Positions 13,001-26,375 of a DNA stretch of 64,000 nt are shown here, piece after piece (position 1 is the stretch's first letter; the number at the start of each line of letters is the position of its first letter). The notes under the pieces were generated by a model. That model was not told the DNA's origin, ran no database searches, and was given only the letters and a program-made list of their open reading frames with translations. A program made the translations under genes and the position numbers. The stretch lies in NCBI RefSeq assembly GCF_003918875.1, contig NW_025767126.1, forward strand, positions 186,001 through 250,000, given 5' to 3'. The DNA comes from Haliotis rubra (lineage: Eukaryota).

Positions 13001-16000
13001 TTGGGGCAAGCTTGTCCGGGTGTACGTACTTCAGAAACTCCTCGGCCGTGTACTTCTGGCCCGCCCAACCTGCCCCGGAATTCAGCAGGAACTTTGTATC
13101 AAAACAGGGTTCCGCGTTGGCCAGGTTTGGCTTGATTTCTCCCTCCATCTCGTTGATGATGTCCCAGCCTCCCATTGAGGGCTCGTCCTTCACCGCCTTC
13201 ACCCACGGGATCAGGGCATTGTCTATGTACGACTGCAGCTTAGCTTCGTCCTGGAAGTGTTAATTATGGGGTTTTGGTAATTATCACTGTCAAATTAATA
13301 ATTGGCAAGTGTGAGTGAGTTTAGTTTTACGCCGCTTTTTAGCAATATTCCAGCAATATCACGGCGGTGGACACCAGAAATGGGCTCCACACAATGTACC
13401 CACGTGGGGAATCGAGCCCGGGTCTTCAGTGTGACGACATGTGACGTAAAGCACAACTCAACCAACCTTCAGCGTGACGAGCGAACGCTTTAACCACTAG
13501 GGTACCCCACCGCCCAGTTGGCAAGATAATGTAGAATACATAATGCATCTTGTGGACCATAAAGCAAACGTTTGATGAAATAACACCTGAAAATAATGAA
13601 TGTTTAGCATTTTGCTATACACGAGATTATATTCTCTTTCCGTCAGTTTGTACCTTTGCTTAGTCAGCTGTTGCGACAAGCAGAAGAATTCTAAACCGGA
13701 TCGTCACGGTAAGATCTGATAACTGGACTGTGCATATCTGATAACTGGACTGTGCACGTGTTAACTGTTAACTGGGGTGCATGTGTTAACTGTTAACTGG
13801 CTCAAGATAAATGTGTTACTTTGATCAGCCCGTCCAGCTTGAAGTGGTCGTTCTGTGCGAGAGCCCCGTTCCACAGACAGAAGAAGATGAGGATGTTGTA
13901 CTCCAGGGCCTTCCGCAGGTACTTCTTGATGTCGCTGATGAAGGTGCCCTTCTGATCCAGGCTCACGACCATGCCAGATGCGTCAAAATGGGGAGTGACA
14001 GCTCCCTCGATGTGCACCCACACACCTGGTGGAACATACAGTGAACTACGGTAACTCTAAAGGCCTACTATGTTTAGTTGGTTTAACCATAGTTAATGAT
14101 AATAGATGCTGCAAGAGGGGGGGTCGACAAACATGCCTGCTAAATTGGTCAGTTTGTTATACTTATAGAACTCACCACACCGGTAGAACTATAATCATTT
14201 TATATCCTTTAACATCGGGCTTGCCTATTTATGAAAACATACATGTATGTCCACCATATTGCCGATTGCCGAGTATTGATATTGCCGATTGCCGAGTATT
14301 GATACGATACGTACTGTTCAAAATAACTCAGTCATGTCTACCCAATTTCCACAGACCCAAACAAAGAAAATATCCCAAAATGTTAAATATCCCTGTATTG
14401 TACGTTGTGTGATACATACGAATAGAATTGCCGCCATTGTCAGCTACCAACTTCAGGTACTTTTCAAACTCTAGGTGCCTGTATTCGTAGTTGTTGTCTC
14501 CGAAGTCATAGCCGTAGGCTATCCAGGCCTGGTTGACGCCGGACAGAAAAACCTTCTTGCCGTTTTGTTCAAAGTCAGTCCCCTTCACGGTCAACCGTGT
14601 TCCCTCTGGAAAACAACGTGAAGAATATGGGGTCACGGAAAACAACGTGAAGAGTTATCTAACCTTATGAGGTCACGGAAAACAAGGTGAAGAATTATTT
14701 AACAGTATGACGTCACGGAAAACAACGTAACGAGTTATTATCTAACAGTATGAAGTCACGGAAAACAACGTGACGAGTTATTATCTAACAGTATGAGGTC
14801 ACGGAAAACAACGTGAAGAATTATTTAACAGTATGGAGTCATGGAAAACAACGTGACGAGTTATTATATAACAGTATGAGGTCACGGAAAACAACGTGAA
14901 GAAATATCTAACAGTATGATGTCACGGAAAACAACGTGAAGAATTATTTAACAGTATAAGGTCACGGAAAACAACGTGACGAGTTATTATCTAACAGTAT
15001 GAGGTCACAGAAAACAACGTGAAGAGTTATCTAACCGTATGAGGTCACGGAAAACAACGGGAAGGGTTATCTAACAGTATGAGGTCACGGAAAACAACGT
15101 GAAGTGTTATCTAACAGTATGGGGTCATGGGAAACAACGGGAAGAGTTATCTACCAGTATGAGGTCATGGAAAACAACGTGAAGAGTTATCTAACAGTAT
15201 GAAGTCACGGAAAACAAGGTGAAGAGTTATCTAACCGTATGAGGTCATGGGAAACAACGTGAAGAGTTATCTAACAGTATGGGGTCACGGAAAACAACGG
15301 GAAGAGTTATCTACCAGTATGAGGTCACGGAAAACAACGTGACGAGTTATTATCTAACAGTATGGAGTCACGGAAAACAAGGTGAAGAGTTATCTAACCG
15401 TATGAGGTCATGGGAAACAACGTGAAGAGTTATCTAACAGTATGGGGTCACGGAAAACAACGGGAAGAGTTATCTACCAGTATAGGGTCATGGGAAACAA
15501 GGTGAAGAGTTATCTAACAGTATGAGGTCACGGAAAACAACGTGAAGAGTTATCTAACAGTATGAGGTCACGGAAAACAACGGGAAGAGTTATCTAACAG
15601 TATGGGGTCACGGAAAACAACGGGAAGGGTTATCTAACAGTATGGAGTCACGGAAAACAAGGTGAAGAGTTATCTAACAGTATGGGGTCATGGGAAACAA
15701 CGTGAAGAGTTATCTAACAGTATGGGGTCACAGAAAACAACGTGAAGAGTTATCTAACAGTATGGAGTCACGGAAAACAACGTGAAGAGTTATCTAACAG
15801 TATGGGGTCACGGAAAACAAGGTGAAGAGTTATCTAACAGTATGGGGTCACGGAAAACAACGTGAAGTTATTTAACAGTATGGGGTCATGGAAAACAACG
15901 TGAAGAGTTATCTAACAGTATGGGGTCATGGAAAACAACGTGAAGAGTTATCTAACAGTATGGGGTCACGGAAAACAAGGTGAAGAGTTATCTAACAGTA

Positions 16001-19000
16001 TGGGGTCACGGAAAACAACGTGAAGAGTTATGTAACAGCATGGGGTCATGGAAAACAACGTGAAGAGTTATCTAACAGTATAGGGTCATGGGAAACAACG
16101 TGAAGAGTTATCTAACAGTATGGGGTCATGGGAAACAACGTGAAGAGTTATCTAACAGTATAGGGTCATGGGAAACAAGGTGAAGAGTTATCTAACCGTA
16201 TGAGGTCATGGGAAACAACGTGAAGAGTTATCTAACAGTATGGGGTCATGGGAAACAACGTGAAGAGTTATCTAACAGTATAGGGTCATGGGAAACAAGG
16301 TGAAGAGTTATCTAACCGTATGAGGTCATGGGAAACAACGTGAAGAGTTATCTAACAGTATAGGGTCACGGAAAACAACGTGAAGAGTTATCTAACAGTA
16401 TGTGGTCACGGAAAACAACGTGAAGAGTTATCTACCAGTATGAGGTCACGGAAAACAACGTGACGAGTTATTATCTAACAGTATGGAGTCACGGAAAACA
16501 ACGTGAAGAGTTATCTAACAGTATGTGGTCACGGAAAACAACGTGAAGAGTTATCTACCAGTATGAGGTCACGGGAAACAACGTGACGAGTTATTATCTA
16601 ACAGTATGGAGTCACGGAAAACAAGGTGAAGAGTTATCTAACAGTATGGGGTCACGGAAAACAACGGGAAGAGTTATCTAACAGTATGGGGTCACGGAAA
16701 ACAACGTGACGAGTTATTATCTAACAGTATGGAGTCACGGAAAACAAGGTGAAGAGTTATCTAACAGTATGGGGTCACGGAAAACAACGGGAAGAGTTAT
16801 CTAACAGTATGGGGTCACGGAAAACAACGGGAAGAGTTATCTAACAGCATGGGGTCATGGAAAACAACGTGAAGAGTTATCTAACAGTATGGGGTCACGG
16901 AAAACAACGGGAAGAGTTATCTAACAGCATGGGGTCATGGAAAACAACGTGAAGAGTTATCTAACAGTATGGGGTCACGGAAAACAACGGGAAGAGTTAT
17001 CTAACAGTATGGGGTCACGGAAAACAACGGGAAGAGTTATCTAACAGTATGAGGTCATGGGAAACAACGTGAAGAGTTATCTAACAGTATGGGGTCATGG
17101 GAAACAACGTGAAGAGTTATCTAACAGTATAGGGTCATGGGAAACAAGGTGAAGAGTTATCTAACCGTATGAGGTCATGGGAAACAACGTGAAGAGTTAT
17201 CTAACAGTATGGGGTCACAGAAAACAACGTGAAGAATTATCTAACAGTATGGGGTCACGGAAAACAACGGGAAGAGTTATCTACCAGTATGAGGTCACGG
17301 AAAACAACGTGAAGAGTTATCTAACAGTATGTGGTCACGGAAAACAACGTGAAGAGTTATCTACCAGTATGAGGTCACAGAAAACAACGTGACGAGTTAT
17401 TATCTAACAGTATGGAGTCACGGAAAACAAGGTGAAGAGTTATCTAACAGTATGTGGTCACGGAAAACAACGTGAAGAGTTATCTAACAGTATGTGGTCA
17501 CGGAAAACAACGTGAAGAGTTATCTACCAGTATGAGGTCACGGAAAACAACGTGACGAGTTATTATCTAACAGTATGGAGTCACGGAAAACAAGGTGAAG
17601 AGTTATCTAACAGTATGTGGTCACGGAAAACAACGTGAAGAGTTATCTAACAGTATGAGGTCACGGGAAACAACGTGACGAGTTATTATCTAACAGTATG
17701 GAGTCACGGAAAACAAGGTGAAGAGTTATCTACCAGTATGAGGTCATGGAAAACAACGTGACGACCTATTATCTACCAGTATGAGGTCACGGAAAACAAC
17801 GTGACGAGTTATTATCTAACAGTATGGAGTCACGGAAAACAAGGTGAAGAGTTATCTAACAGTATGTGGTCACGGAAAACAACGTGAAGAGTTATCTACC
17901 AGTATGAGGTCATGGAAAACAAGGTGACGACTTATTATCTACCAGTATGAGGTCACGGAAAACAACGTGGCGAGTTATCTAACAGTATGGGGTCACAGAA
18001 AACAACGGGAAGAGTTATCATACACAGATAATGGGGAATGTGTGGGATAACGCATAATAAATGTGACAAAGCCACCTCGATATTATAAGCCAAATCCATT
18101 TTTATCCAAGTTTCACTGTATTATCATAACATGCAGTTGACTTGCTGGCATCTGTTCACACATCATTCCTGTTTCCGTTTCCTGGGCTCATCACATGTTT
18201 TGATGTCACGTGACTCTAACTTCATGAAACAAGAGGTGTCTGAAATGTTGACTGATCTTTTGAGTATTTCCTCTTTGAAATCAACAACTGAATGTGAGAA
18301 CACATAAGAAAAACACTCTTTACCTGAAATATAGGGGTGGGGACACGTTTGTCAAAGTCGCCAGTCTTAATGTGTACAATGTGTGAAGCCCATTTCTGGT
18401 GTCCCCAAAGCCGTGATATTGCTGGAATATAGCTATAAGCGGCGTAAAACTAAACTCACACTGGCATGGGCTGCAAAGGTTGGCGGCTGGAACCTGTATC
18501 TGAGGTGACTGGCTTTAAATGCATGACGTGGGGTCATTTCTAGTGGGCGGCCATCACGGGGACAGTATATGACTTGACTGTTATGCTCAAAACGTGACCA
18601 TAAGTGCCAAATGGTGTCCTATGGAGTTGAATGGACGAGACGCAGTGTTTTATGAGTGAGTATGGTTTTACGCTGCTTTTAGCAATATTTCAGCAATATC
18701 ACGGCGTGGGACATCAGAAATGGACTTCACACATTGTACCCATGTGGGGAGTCGAACACAGGTCTTCAGCGTGACGAGCGGACGCTTTAACCAATAGACT
18801 ACCCCACTACCCCACGTGAATGATGAACCTTCATCGCTTTCGGCTTTCCTCCCTCATCAAGCCGGCGTTTCCTGACCGAAATTTGTTCAAGGCAGCATTA
18901 AACCAAACCCACTCCTTGGAAGATAAATACCATTTACATGTACTATATATTGGGTAATAACTATTGGTTACGTGTATATTAATATAATAATTAAATGACA

Positions 19001-22000
19001 TATGACGTCCTCACGTACTTCGAGCTGGAGCTTTCCCTAAATCAGGTACTGCCATGGTAACGGGTTTTGACGTCACTGGTTGTGCTGTGACTGGTTGGTT
19101 GGTGTGTCCTGTGTTCGGGTTTGGTGTGTTCTGATTTCCTGTGTTGGGGTTCTGGCTTCCACCAATGGAACACAGTGCCACCGCTTTTGTGTCGGGGGCG
19201 TCACAACTTTCTGATATCCACTCGCCAACGTCGGAGTATTGACGGACAATGGCTGCACATAACGACCCGGTCACAGTCGTGGGATTTCCTGAAATCGAGA
19301 GAAAAAATAATCAGAGGATGTTTTTGCCTCTAACACCGAAACCCCGATGATTCTTCCAGGGGAAACGGATGGCGCGGCCGTGTGTACAGACATGCGCCTC
19401 TCATTGTACCAGAAGCTCATGATCGTGGTTCGAATCCCATATATGTTCTGAAAAGAATTCTTGGTTCCTTGTGTCTGTTGACATGCCGTGCTCTGAAGCT
19501 GTTAAATATCTAAGATCTACATTACTTAAGGCCATCCTTCCATATTTATATAAATGCAATATTGTCTAGAACTGCGAGATTCGGAAATTAGCTAAAACGT
19601 TCAATGAGTACATATCATTTAGGAACACCAGAACGAAGACAATTTGATTTCAGCATTTCGAAACCTTTATCCATGCAATAAATATTTAAACTTTAGGTGT
19701 GGTTGTCGGTACATGTACGTGCTTTGAAAACATTAAAGAATTTAAAATCCATCCATTTCATTAATACTGCAGCTTTTAAAACGTCAATCAAAAATATCTA
19801 TACGAAGAATTTACGAAGGGTAAATTGGTTACCGGCATGCCACATTGTGTAGTCCAGAGAGGTGCCATCGGTCCACTTCCAGTCTTGTCCATCATTCTTC
19901 AGACCAATCCAACAGTTGTGCGGGGAACCTGGGATATTATATTAGCAAAGTATGGATTTGTTTGTAGGTATAATTTAAACATTCAGCAATATTATAACTG
20001 TAGAATTTTATCCAATCCAGTGTTGCCATCAAGAGGATCAGTCTACCCAAATGGGATACTATGATATTCATCATGAGTGAGCCTGACTAAATGATTCCGA
20101 TTGGCGCCTCTTCTGACGTCCCTAGTCTGGGCTGTTAAAGTATGTGGGCGGTAGGGTATCCCTAGTGGTTAAAGCGTTGCCTCGTCACGCCGAAGACCCG
20201 GGTTCGAATCCCCACATGGGTACAATGTGTGAAGCCCATTTCTGGTTACCCCCGCCGTGATGTTGCTGGAATATTGCTAACAGCGGCGTAAAACCAAACT
20301 CAGTCAGTTTTAAAGTATGTGCTAGCCAAAGTCTTCGCGGGGTGAGCAAAGTAATGGTGCGAGGTACCACTTATGTTTGTGACGTGGCCTGAGTGTGGGG
20401 AGATACTCTAGTATTCCAGGACATACAAGGTTCAAGTGGCCCCTGGTAGTCGTCTGAGCACAGGCAGTTTCAATGTGTGACATGGTTGATTGTGTGTCGT
20501 TGTCACCCAAGCGTTAGTCTGGAAGATGCTTGTGAATCTACCTTGACTTCATAACTGAGACGCCATTGCAAGCATCCCCGTGTAATACAGCGAGAATATT
20601 GTTGACATAATTTTTGCACAAATGAATGCCAAACAAATGTTTCATATTGCTGGTTGGTGATATCAGCCTTTGGTGATGTCCTAGTACACCACAACATTTT
20701 CGCGAAAATGTATTGATATCCTTGATTTTCACTGATCCAATGAAATAATATTCCTTGTATTTGAGTGTTTAAGATCTTCATTCATATTTACCAGGTTCAA
20801 TTACTCATGGAAAGGTAGGGCCATAGCTGGAATAGAACAAAACTCACTCACTCACTCAAATATCTACAACCATGCAACAAGATCTTGAACTTACCAGAAC
20901 CTCTGCATATGTCCTTCAACCTGTCGTTATGGTTTCGGTCATGAATGGAAGCAAGATGGCCACCTTTCGCAACACATGCCTTCTCGGCTTCTGGGAAGCT
21001 CACCGGCTTATCGATAATTTCAAGCTGCTCTGAAATATAGTGATTATAGTATGGGATTGTGGTGGAGAGTGATAAACAAACATTAAAATCAGCGAGGCTA
21101 ACCGCTACTCTTAATGATGGGAACAACCATATTGATTCAAAACTAGTTAAGTAGTATCCTAACAGGATCTGTCTAAGCCAAGGGTCAAACTGAGACGTAA
21201 GTGCTTTTCAATACTAATTCTCTGAACTGGGTCTAAGTCAATACTCTATGGAGCTGGGTCTAAGTATACTGTATGGAACTGGGTCTAAGTCAATACTCTA
21301 TGGAATTGGGTCTAAGTATGTCTAAGTAACTGTATGGAACTGGGTCTAAGTCAATACTCTATAGAACTGGGTCTAAGTCAATACTCTATGGAGCTGGGTC
21401 TAAGTAGTCTATGGAACTGGGTCTAAGTACTCTATGGAACTGGGTCTAAGTATGGGTCTACTCTCAACTGGGTCTAAGTCAATCTATGGAACTGGGTCTA
21501 AGTCAATACTCTATGGAACTGGGTCTAAGTCAATACTCTATGGAACTGGGTCTAAGTCAATACTCTATGGAACTGGGTCTAAGTCAATACTCTATGGAAC
21601 TGGGTCTAAGTCAATATTCTATGGAACTGGGTCTAAGTCAATACTCTATGGAACTGGGTCTAAGTCAATACTCTATGGAACTGGGTCTAAGTCAATACTC
21701 TATGGAACTGGGTCTAAGTCAATACTCTATACTGAACTGGGTCTAAGTCAATACTCTATTGAACTGGGTCTAAGTCAATACTTTTTGGAACTGGGTCTAA
21801 GTCAGTACTCTATGGAACTGGGTCTAAGTCAATACTAAATGGAGCCTCTTGTCACACATTGACCTTTACCAGTTCGTTTAGTGTTGATGCAGGTCATTTT
21901 GATTTTGAATGTTTTCCTAAACTTATGAATATCCAGTGTGATGAAAAGGGTCACTTATCGCCCGTTGAACTTTACTTGAACATCTTCATTAAACTATTGA

Positions 22001-22423
22001 AACAACTTACCTGCTGCCACAAAATAGAGCAGCGCAGCGCACAGTGTGATGACGGACCACATCTGTAACAAAACAATTAGGAATTTAATGATACGCAGAT
22101 CATTGTTTCCGGCTGCTATCTAACATAAAGCAGAATAAGAATACTTTGTGCTCTCCTCGTACCCAAGAAAGCTAAGCAGGTCATGCTCACCCGCTTCGTG
22201 AGCACTCTGTTTCATCACAATTCATATTAACTTCACCGCCATTTTGCCTTTTGCGCCCAAAGCAATCAGCAGGTAATCGAGGCTGATTGAAGCTGGCTAG
22301 TCTCAGAGGTTGAAATCTGATATATTACCATCTGCCAGTTTGGACTGTTCGCCAGTATAATGTCAGAAGAAATGCATAAAAGTTGCAAAGCGTTTAAGAA
22401 GCAGTTTAAAGTATCCTCACCAT
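10097..22423 (-). CDS. Secreted C-type lectin domain + linker + GH5_10 endo-beta-1,4-mannanase fusion protein, paralog A (~548 aa)
   Basis: Exons (minus): ATG mini-exon ending 22421 (putative), 22062-22011 (MWSVITLCAALLYFVAA, signal peptide), 21029-20895 (FPEAEKACVAKGGHLASIH), 19928-19833 (CWIGLKNDGQDWKWTDGT), 19288-19019 (CAAIV..GEWISESCD..ALC + NPNTG/QPVT linker), 14605-14420 (FLSGVNQAW..DFG..GGNSIR), 14025-13820 (VWVHIEG..LWNGA), 13250-13030 (GWDIINEMEG..GAGWAG), 12061-11908 (FINWQ..VTAGSW), 11128-11057 (HTY), 10348-10097 (KPLVVAEF..GGWTW..TGA). All introns GT-AG with compatible phases and no internal stops. The catalytic part closely resembles Mytilus Man5A as recalled. Confidence 0.88.
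12174..12340 (-). mobile_element. tRNA-derived SINE family 1
   Basis: Same consensus as 7681-7850. Further copies at about 13308-13513(-), 18330-18460, 18653-18814(-), 20146-20307, 22951-23096, 30404-30562, 40473-40590, 45052-45200(-), 45697-45866, 46409-46571(-), 49467-49991, 54774-54938, 58492-58657(-), 60303-60450, 61192-61358, 62436-62850, 63643-63910. Confidence 0.85.
14608..18020. repeat. 40-bp (some 43-bp) minisatellite array abutting the acceptor of the first GH5 exon, paralog A
   Basis: Unit GGAAAACAACGTGAAGAGTTATCTAACAGTATGGGGTCAC, roughly 85 copies. Confidence 0.97.
21222..21838. repeat. 27-bp minisatellite in an intron of paralog A
   Basis: Unit TATGGAACTGGGTCTAAGTCAATACTC. Confidence 0.95.
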
Positions 22424-22500
22424 TGGTTCCACCTGGAATGTCTGTGGTGGTTGTGCCTAATCTATATACGTAGGTATGACCTCAATCTGTTATCTTTCAC
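22421..22500 (-). promoter_or_regulatory. Putative core promoter and first mini-exon of paralog A
   Basis: Minus strand reads AGATAAcagatTGAGGTCA..cgTATATAg..cagacattccaggtgg-aaccaATG|gtgagg; conserved with 26285-26375 of paralog B. Confidence 0.55.
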
Positions 22501-22699
22501 ACTTTAATCTGCCCATACGGCGTGGACATAGCAGAACTAGACTGTCCTGAAGTTTAACCAGGTTCTTAAAAAATAAGTCAGATTGTACTTTAATTATAGT
22601 CAATAGTGCATTGTGGGATGTTTCCCATGTTCAAAACCGATCCACGGTTATAAATAACATTAATGATCCCTTTCCAGTTCACATGGTTTGGTGTAACGT

Positions 22700-23290
22700 T
22701 CACTTATGCACCTGTAGACACGTGCCCTGCAGTCGCGTCAGTGAAGAAGGAAACGTGGTTTATAGGTGAACTCGTCTCCATTCAGGTGCTCTCCATTGCA
22801 GGTTTAATCTACTCCACCTGTCCACTACTTTGATGACCTCGACGTTGATGTCGGTGTTGTCGCGTCGTCTTGCACGGGTGCCGTAGAGGCGTAGACATCA
22901 TCAACTGTTGTCGCAGATACAACCCTGTTGCCAAGTGTGGTATGGGCTGAGGGGCGGTTGGGTAGCATAGTGGTTAAAGCGTTTGCTCGTCACGCCGAAG
23001 ACCCGGGTTCGATTCCCCACATGGGTACAATGTGTGAAGCCCATTTCTGGTGCCCCCGCAGTGTTATTGCTGGAATAAAACTTAACTCACTCACACTGGT
23101 ATGGACTGTAAAGGTTGGCGTCTGGAACCTGCGTCGGAGGCGAGTGGCTCGAATCTATCGGTCTTGACATGGGGTCTTTACTGGTAAGCTGCCACTGCGA
23201 GGGCGGTCTATGACTTGACTGTTATGCTGAAAACGTCATCATAAGTGCCAAATGGCGTTCTATGGAGTTGAATCGACGAGAACGTCACGC
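22700..23290 (-). mobile_element. Degenerate Tc1 transposase remnant with SINE insertion
   Basis: Minus strand DRPRSG..TPCQDR*IRATRLRRRFQT; homologous block at 18460-18645. Confidence 0.55.
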
Positions 23291-25761
23291 AGCGAGGTAC
23301 CAGACAGAAGCATACCAATAGCTCTCCATCTGTCTTATTTTCCCAAGGCGTAGCATATCGAACTTGTTCCAGAACGAATAATAATTCTCTGATGGCCAAT
23401 AGTCCCATTCATCAGGTATTCAAATATGGCTCAATATATCGAAGACAGCACATACGAATTCGGTTAAAACAAATAAGATTGGGTATAGTGTCTTTCAGAC
23501 TGGATCCAGTCCGCGTTGTCATTAGTTGAATAAACTGAAAGAATTGAAACCATTCTGTCATCCAAAGTACCAAAGTCACATGTTTAGTGCAGCGGTTCAA
23601 CCTTTTCTTTGTGGACAACTGCAGAACCGTGCACCTCGCTAATCTCGTAGAGATCCTCTTACGGTTTGTCGTCTGCAAGCCAAACCTGAAAGCTGCGTTC
23701 TTGTGCTTCTTACTTCATCCTTTGTTGTTTTGTCCACTGCATAGCTCACAGCCCTAAGATAGCACTGTTCAGAGACGTAAAATAAGCCCCATGCGTAAAG
23801 AATAGCAGGCGGATTATGGTGGGGAAATTCCTTACTTACCTGTTGGGCAGCTCAGTCTGAGGTGGGCAGCAGCTGTCCAGTGAGATACGACGATCCTTCT
23901 TATCGTTAGAAGCAACCTCGTTAGAATCACCATGATCTACGTGAGTCAAGCTGGTGTTATCACCATTAGACTACTGCTTACATAAAAGCCGTCGGTGCAA
24001 GGTGAGGTTGATGCTGGAGTGTCCTCTTCATATGGAGTGTTCAGCTTGATGTGGCAGACTAGCTGCGAAAGCCAGTACAGCTTGGTTTCAGTAGTGGTGC
24101 AAGAGGTGCCAGAAAGGTGTTGAAGACAACACCAGATTGCTCAAGGAAACGTATTTTTTGTGAAGTTGTTCCCTTAGCCTTTCCCATGAATTTTCCTTCA
24201 TCTCAAAGAGCAGCCCTCAAAGAGCAGTGGATGAGCTTATGAGAACCTTGTTTCAAGGCGCCAAATGGGTGCTTATAGCTCCCCCTTCCAGGTGAGAAAT
24301 GAAGGCGAGGGGCTGGATCTGACTGCCTGGAGCTGTTCATGGTTGGGGGATATTATAGTTATGACTTCAACCTTCCCGATGAGTCTAGCAATTCCAGCCT
24401 TCAGTTTCGCCACTTTTGTTTATTGTTTAACTCCGCACTACGCTATATGACAGCGATCTGTATGTAATCGAGTCCTGACAAGACAATCCAATGGTCAACA
24501 TCATGAGCATGGATCTATGGGGTCATGACTTTGTAAATTTTTTCAAAAGATTTTATGATGGGCTTGTGGATGATATTTTCGAATCTGTCACAACAATGAT
24601 GTCCGAAGCAATTTCCTATTCAAGTATCATATGCCCAATTAACAAACAATTGACAAGCCTTTACATATGTTTACTGATACGGGAATACATGCTAATTATG
24701 AAGTCAAAACTGTACAGTCGAGTCTCCTTTCAGCGGAAATCTTTTATGGAAAGTGGCTAAAGTATTGCCTGGAAATATTGATGAATAGCTGGCCCATGCG
24801 CCTCTTTTAAATAGATAACAAACCAACATTGAACTGGTGTGAGTCTGGAATATTTAAGAAAGGGCCTGAGATTCGTTTCATATAAGAAGTGACTTAAGTC
24901 ACCTTCAAAACTAGAGTTGTCGCTCCCATACAATTTGGTAATTTTGATTTTCCTTCTCCGAAACCACAGAGCCAGTTCATGATTCTTTGTTCATCTACAT
25001 TATACATTTCAAATGTGGACATATAATTTCAATGTTTAATAAAGCTGAGTTTCCATGACAACCACTTCCCCTTTGGAAGGGAGGTATGTGCCGGGTACTG
25101 AACACACATAAGCCTTTCCAGAGAATGATGTTATCAAATTAATATAGATACAAATTAGAAGGAGGAGGACAGACATATGGGACAGACCTCTGTTCTAGCG
25201 TTTATCGTCGTTTTCAAAGACCTGGTGATTACAGATCCACTGCCATTTGAAACACGAGTTTGCACACACCAGTTGAAGTACTATCTGCATTTGTGATCAA
25301 CAATTCAGTCTAGAAACTTTACGTGTGTGTAAAATATTTGTTTCGTACAATGTTGCCGTGTTAAGAAACATTATTGCGAAATTACCAAACTTCTTTGTTG
25401 GGAGTCCTTTGGACTACAAGCCTTGACAACCTTAAACTAACCATGAGCCGTCTTCACACTTATCGTAATGCCAAGGCCAAACCCTGCTATTTTAGATCCT
25501 TATCTATAAAAACGTCCACGGCATTTGATATAGCCAACCGATGTTGGTTTTCCCAGATATCTCGTTGATAATGACACTTTTAACAAATATGAAAGTCAAG
25601 GGCGGTTTGCGATCGTAAGAATTACGGGAATGGAATCTGGGTTCAGCATAACAGAGTTCGCACCTGGTTGACAAAACCTGAAATTTAAAATGTTACCTTA
25701 AAAAGGCCCTAAATTAATTTAAGGCCCCAATTATCAATTATTTGCCATGAAAAGGGTTTTA

Positions 25762-26200
25762 AAGCTGCTTTTACATGCACATATTTACTTACAGGAGTAT
25801 ATTTGCTTATGTAAGTAAATTTACTTATAGTAAGTAAATTGACCATGTAAGCGTCACAAAACGAATTTACTCAAGTAGGTATTTGTATTCCTGAAGTAAA
25901 TTTACACCTGCTCCAGAGTAAAAGTATATTTACTCCTGGAGTATTTTAATCCAGGAGCAAATTGTTCTTGTAAATGACACTTTGATTTGCTCCTGTAAAT
26001 ATACTTTTTGCATCATATCTTCAAAGGGACTATTATTTCATCATTATTGTGTTTCATGCTCTTCAAAACAAATAAGATTAACTCCTATTGGTTAAATATC
26101 CAAGTGAACAGAAAGTAAATATACTTTTACTCCTGTGAGTTAATTTACTCCACAAGTAAATATACTTACAGGAGTAAATGTATGCATGTAAAAGAGCCTA
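25762..26200. mobile_element. Foldback MITE just upstream of the paralog B promoter
   Basis: Inverted ends CTTTTACATGCA.ATATTTACT / AGTAAATGTATGCATGTAAAAG; internal TTTACTCC/GGAGTAAA repeats. Confidence 0.65.
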
Positions 26201-26284
26201 TGGGTAATTATCAGCTGCCTGAAGAAGCTATGTAACCTGACAACATATCTCTGCATACCAGTACCGAATGGACAGTACAAATAT

Positions 26285-26375
26285 GTGGAAGATAACAGAT
26301 TGAGGTCACTCCCACCTATATCTGTAGCTTGGGCACCAACATCGCAGACATTCCAGGTGAAAACAATGGTGAGGA
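26285..26375 (+). promoter_or_regulatory. Putative core promoter and first mini-exon of paralog B
   Basis: gAAGATAAcagatTGAGGTCA..ccTATATc..cagacattccaggtgaaaacaATG|gtgagg: GATA-like site, nuclear-receptor-like half-site and TATA-like box, conserved between paralogs. Confidence 0.55.

Noticed and set aside
10097-14605. Bacterial contamination or recent horizontal transfer of a glycoside hydrolase
   Set aside because: Spliceosomal introns, SINE-filled context and close resemblance to molluscan GH5_10 enzymes.
14608-18020. CRISPR-like array
   Set aside because: Contiguous tandem units with no unique spacers and no cas genes; intronic eukaryotic minisatellite.
20146-20220. tRNA genes
   Set aside because: The tRNA-like heads continue into SINE body and tail and occur in ~20 diverged copies.
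21434-21838. Repetitive ORFs (MELGLSQYS / YGTGSKSIL)
   Set aside because: Artefact of a 27-bp intronic minisatellite, antisense to paralog A.
19011-22062. Stand-alone C-type lectin genes separate from the mannanases
   Set aside because: A phase-compatible donor follows the linker in both copies and the GH5 exons lack their own start and signal peptide; kept only as a possible isoform.
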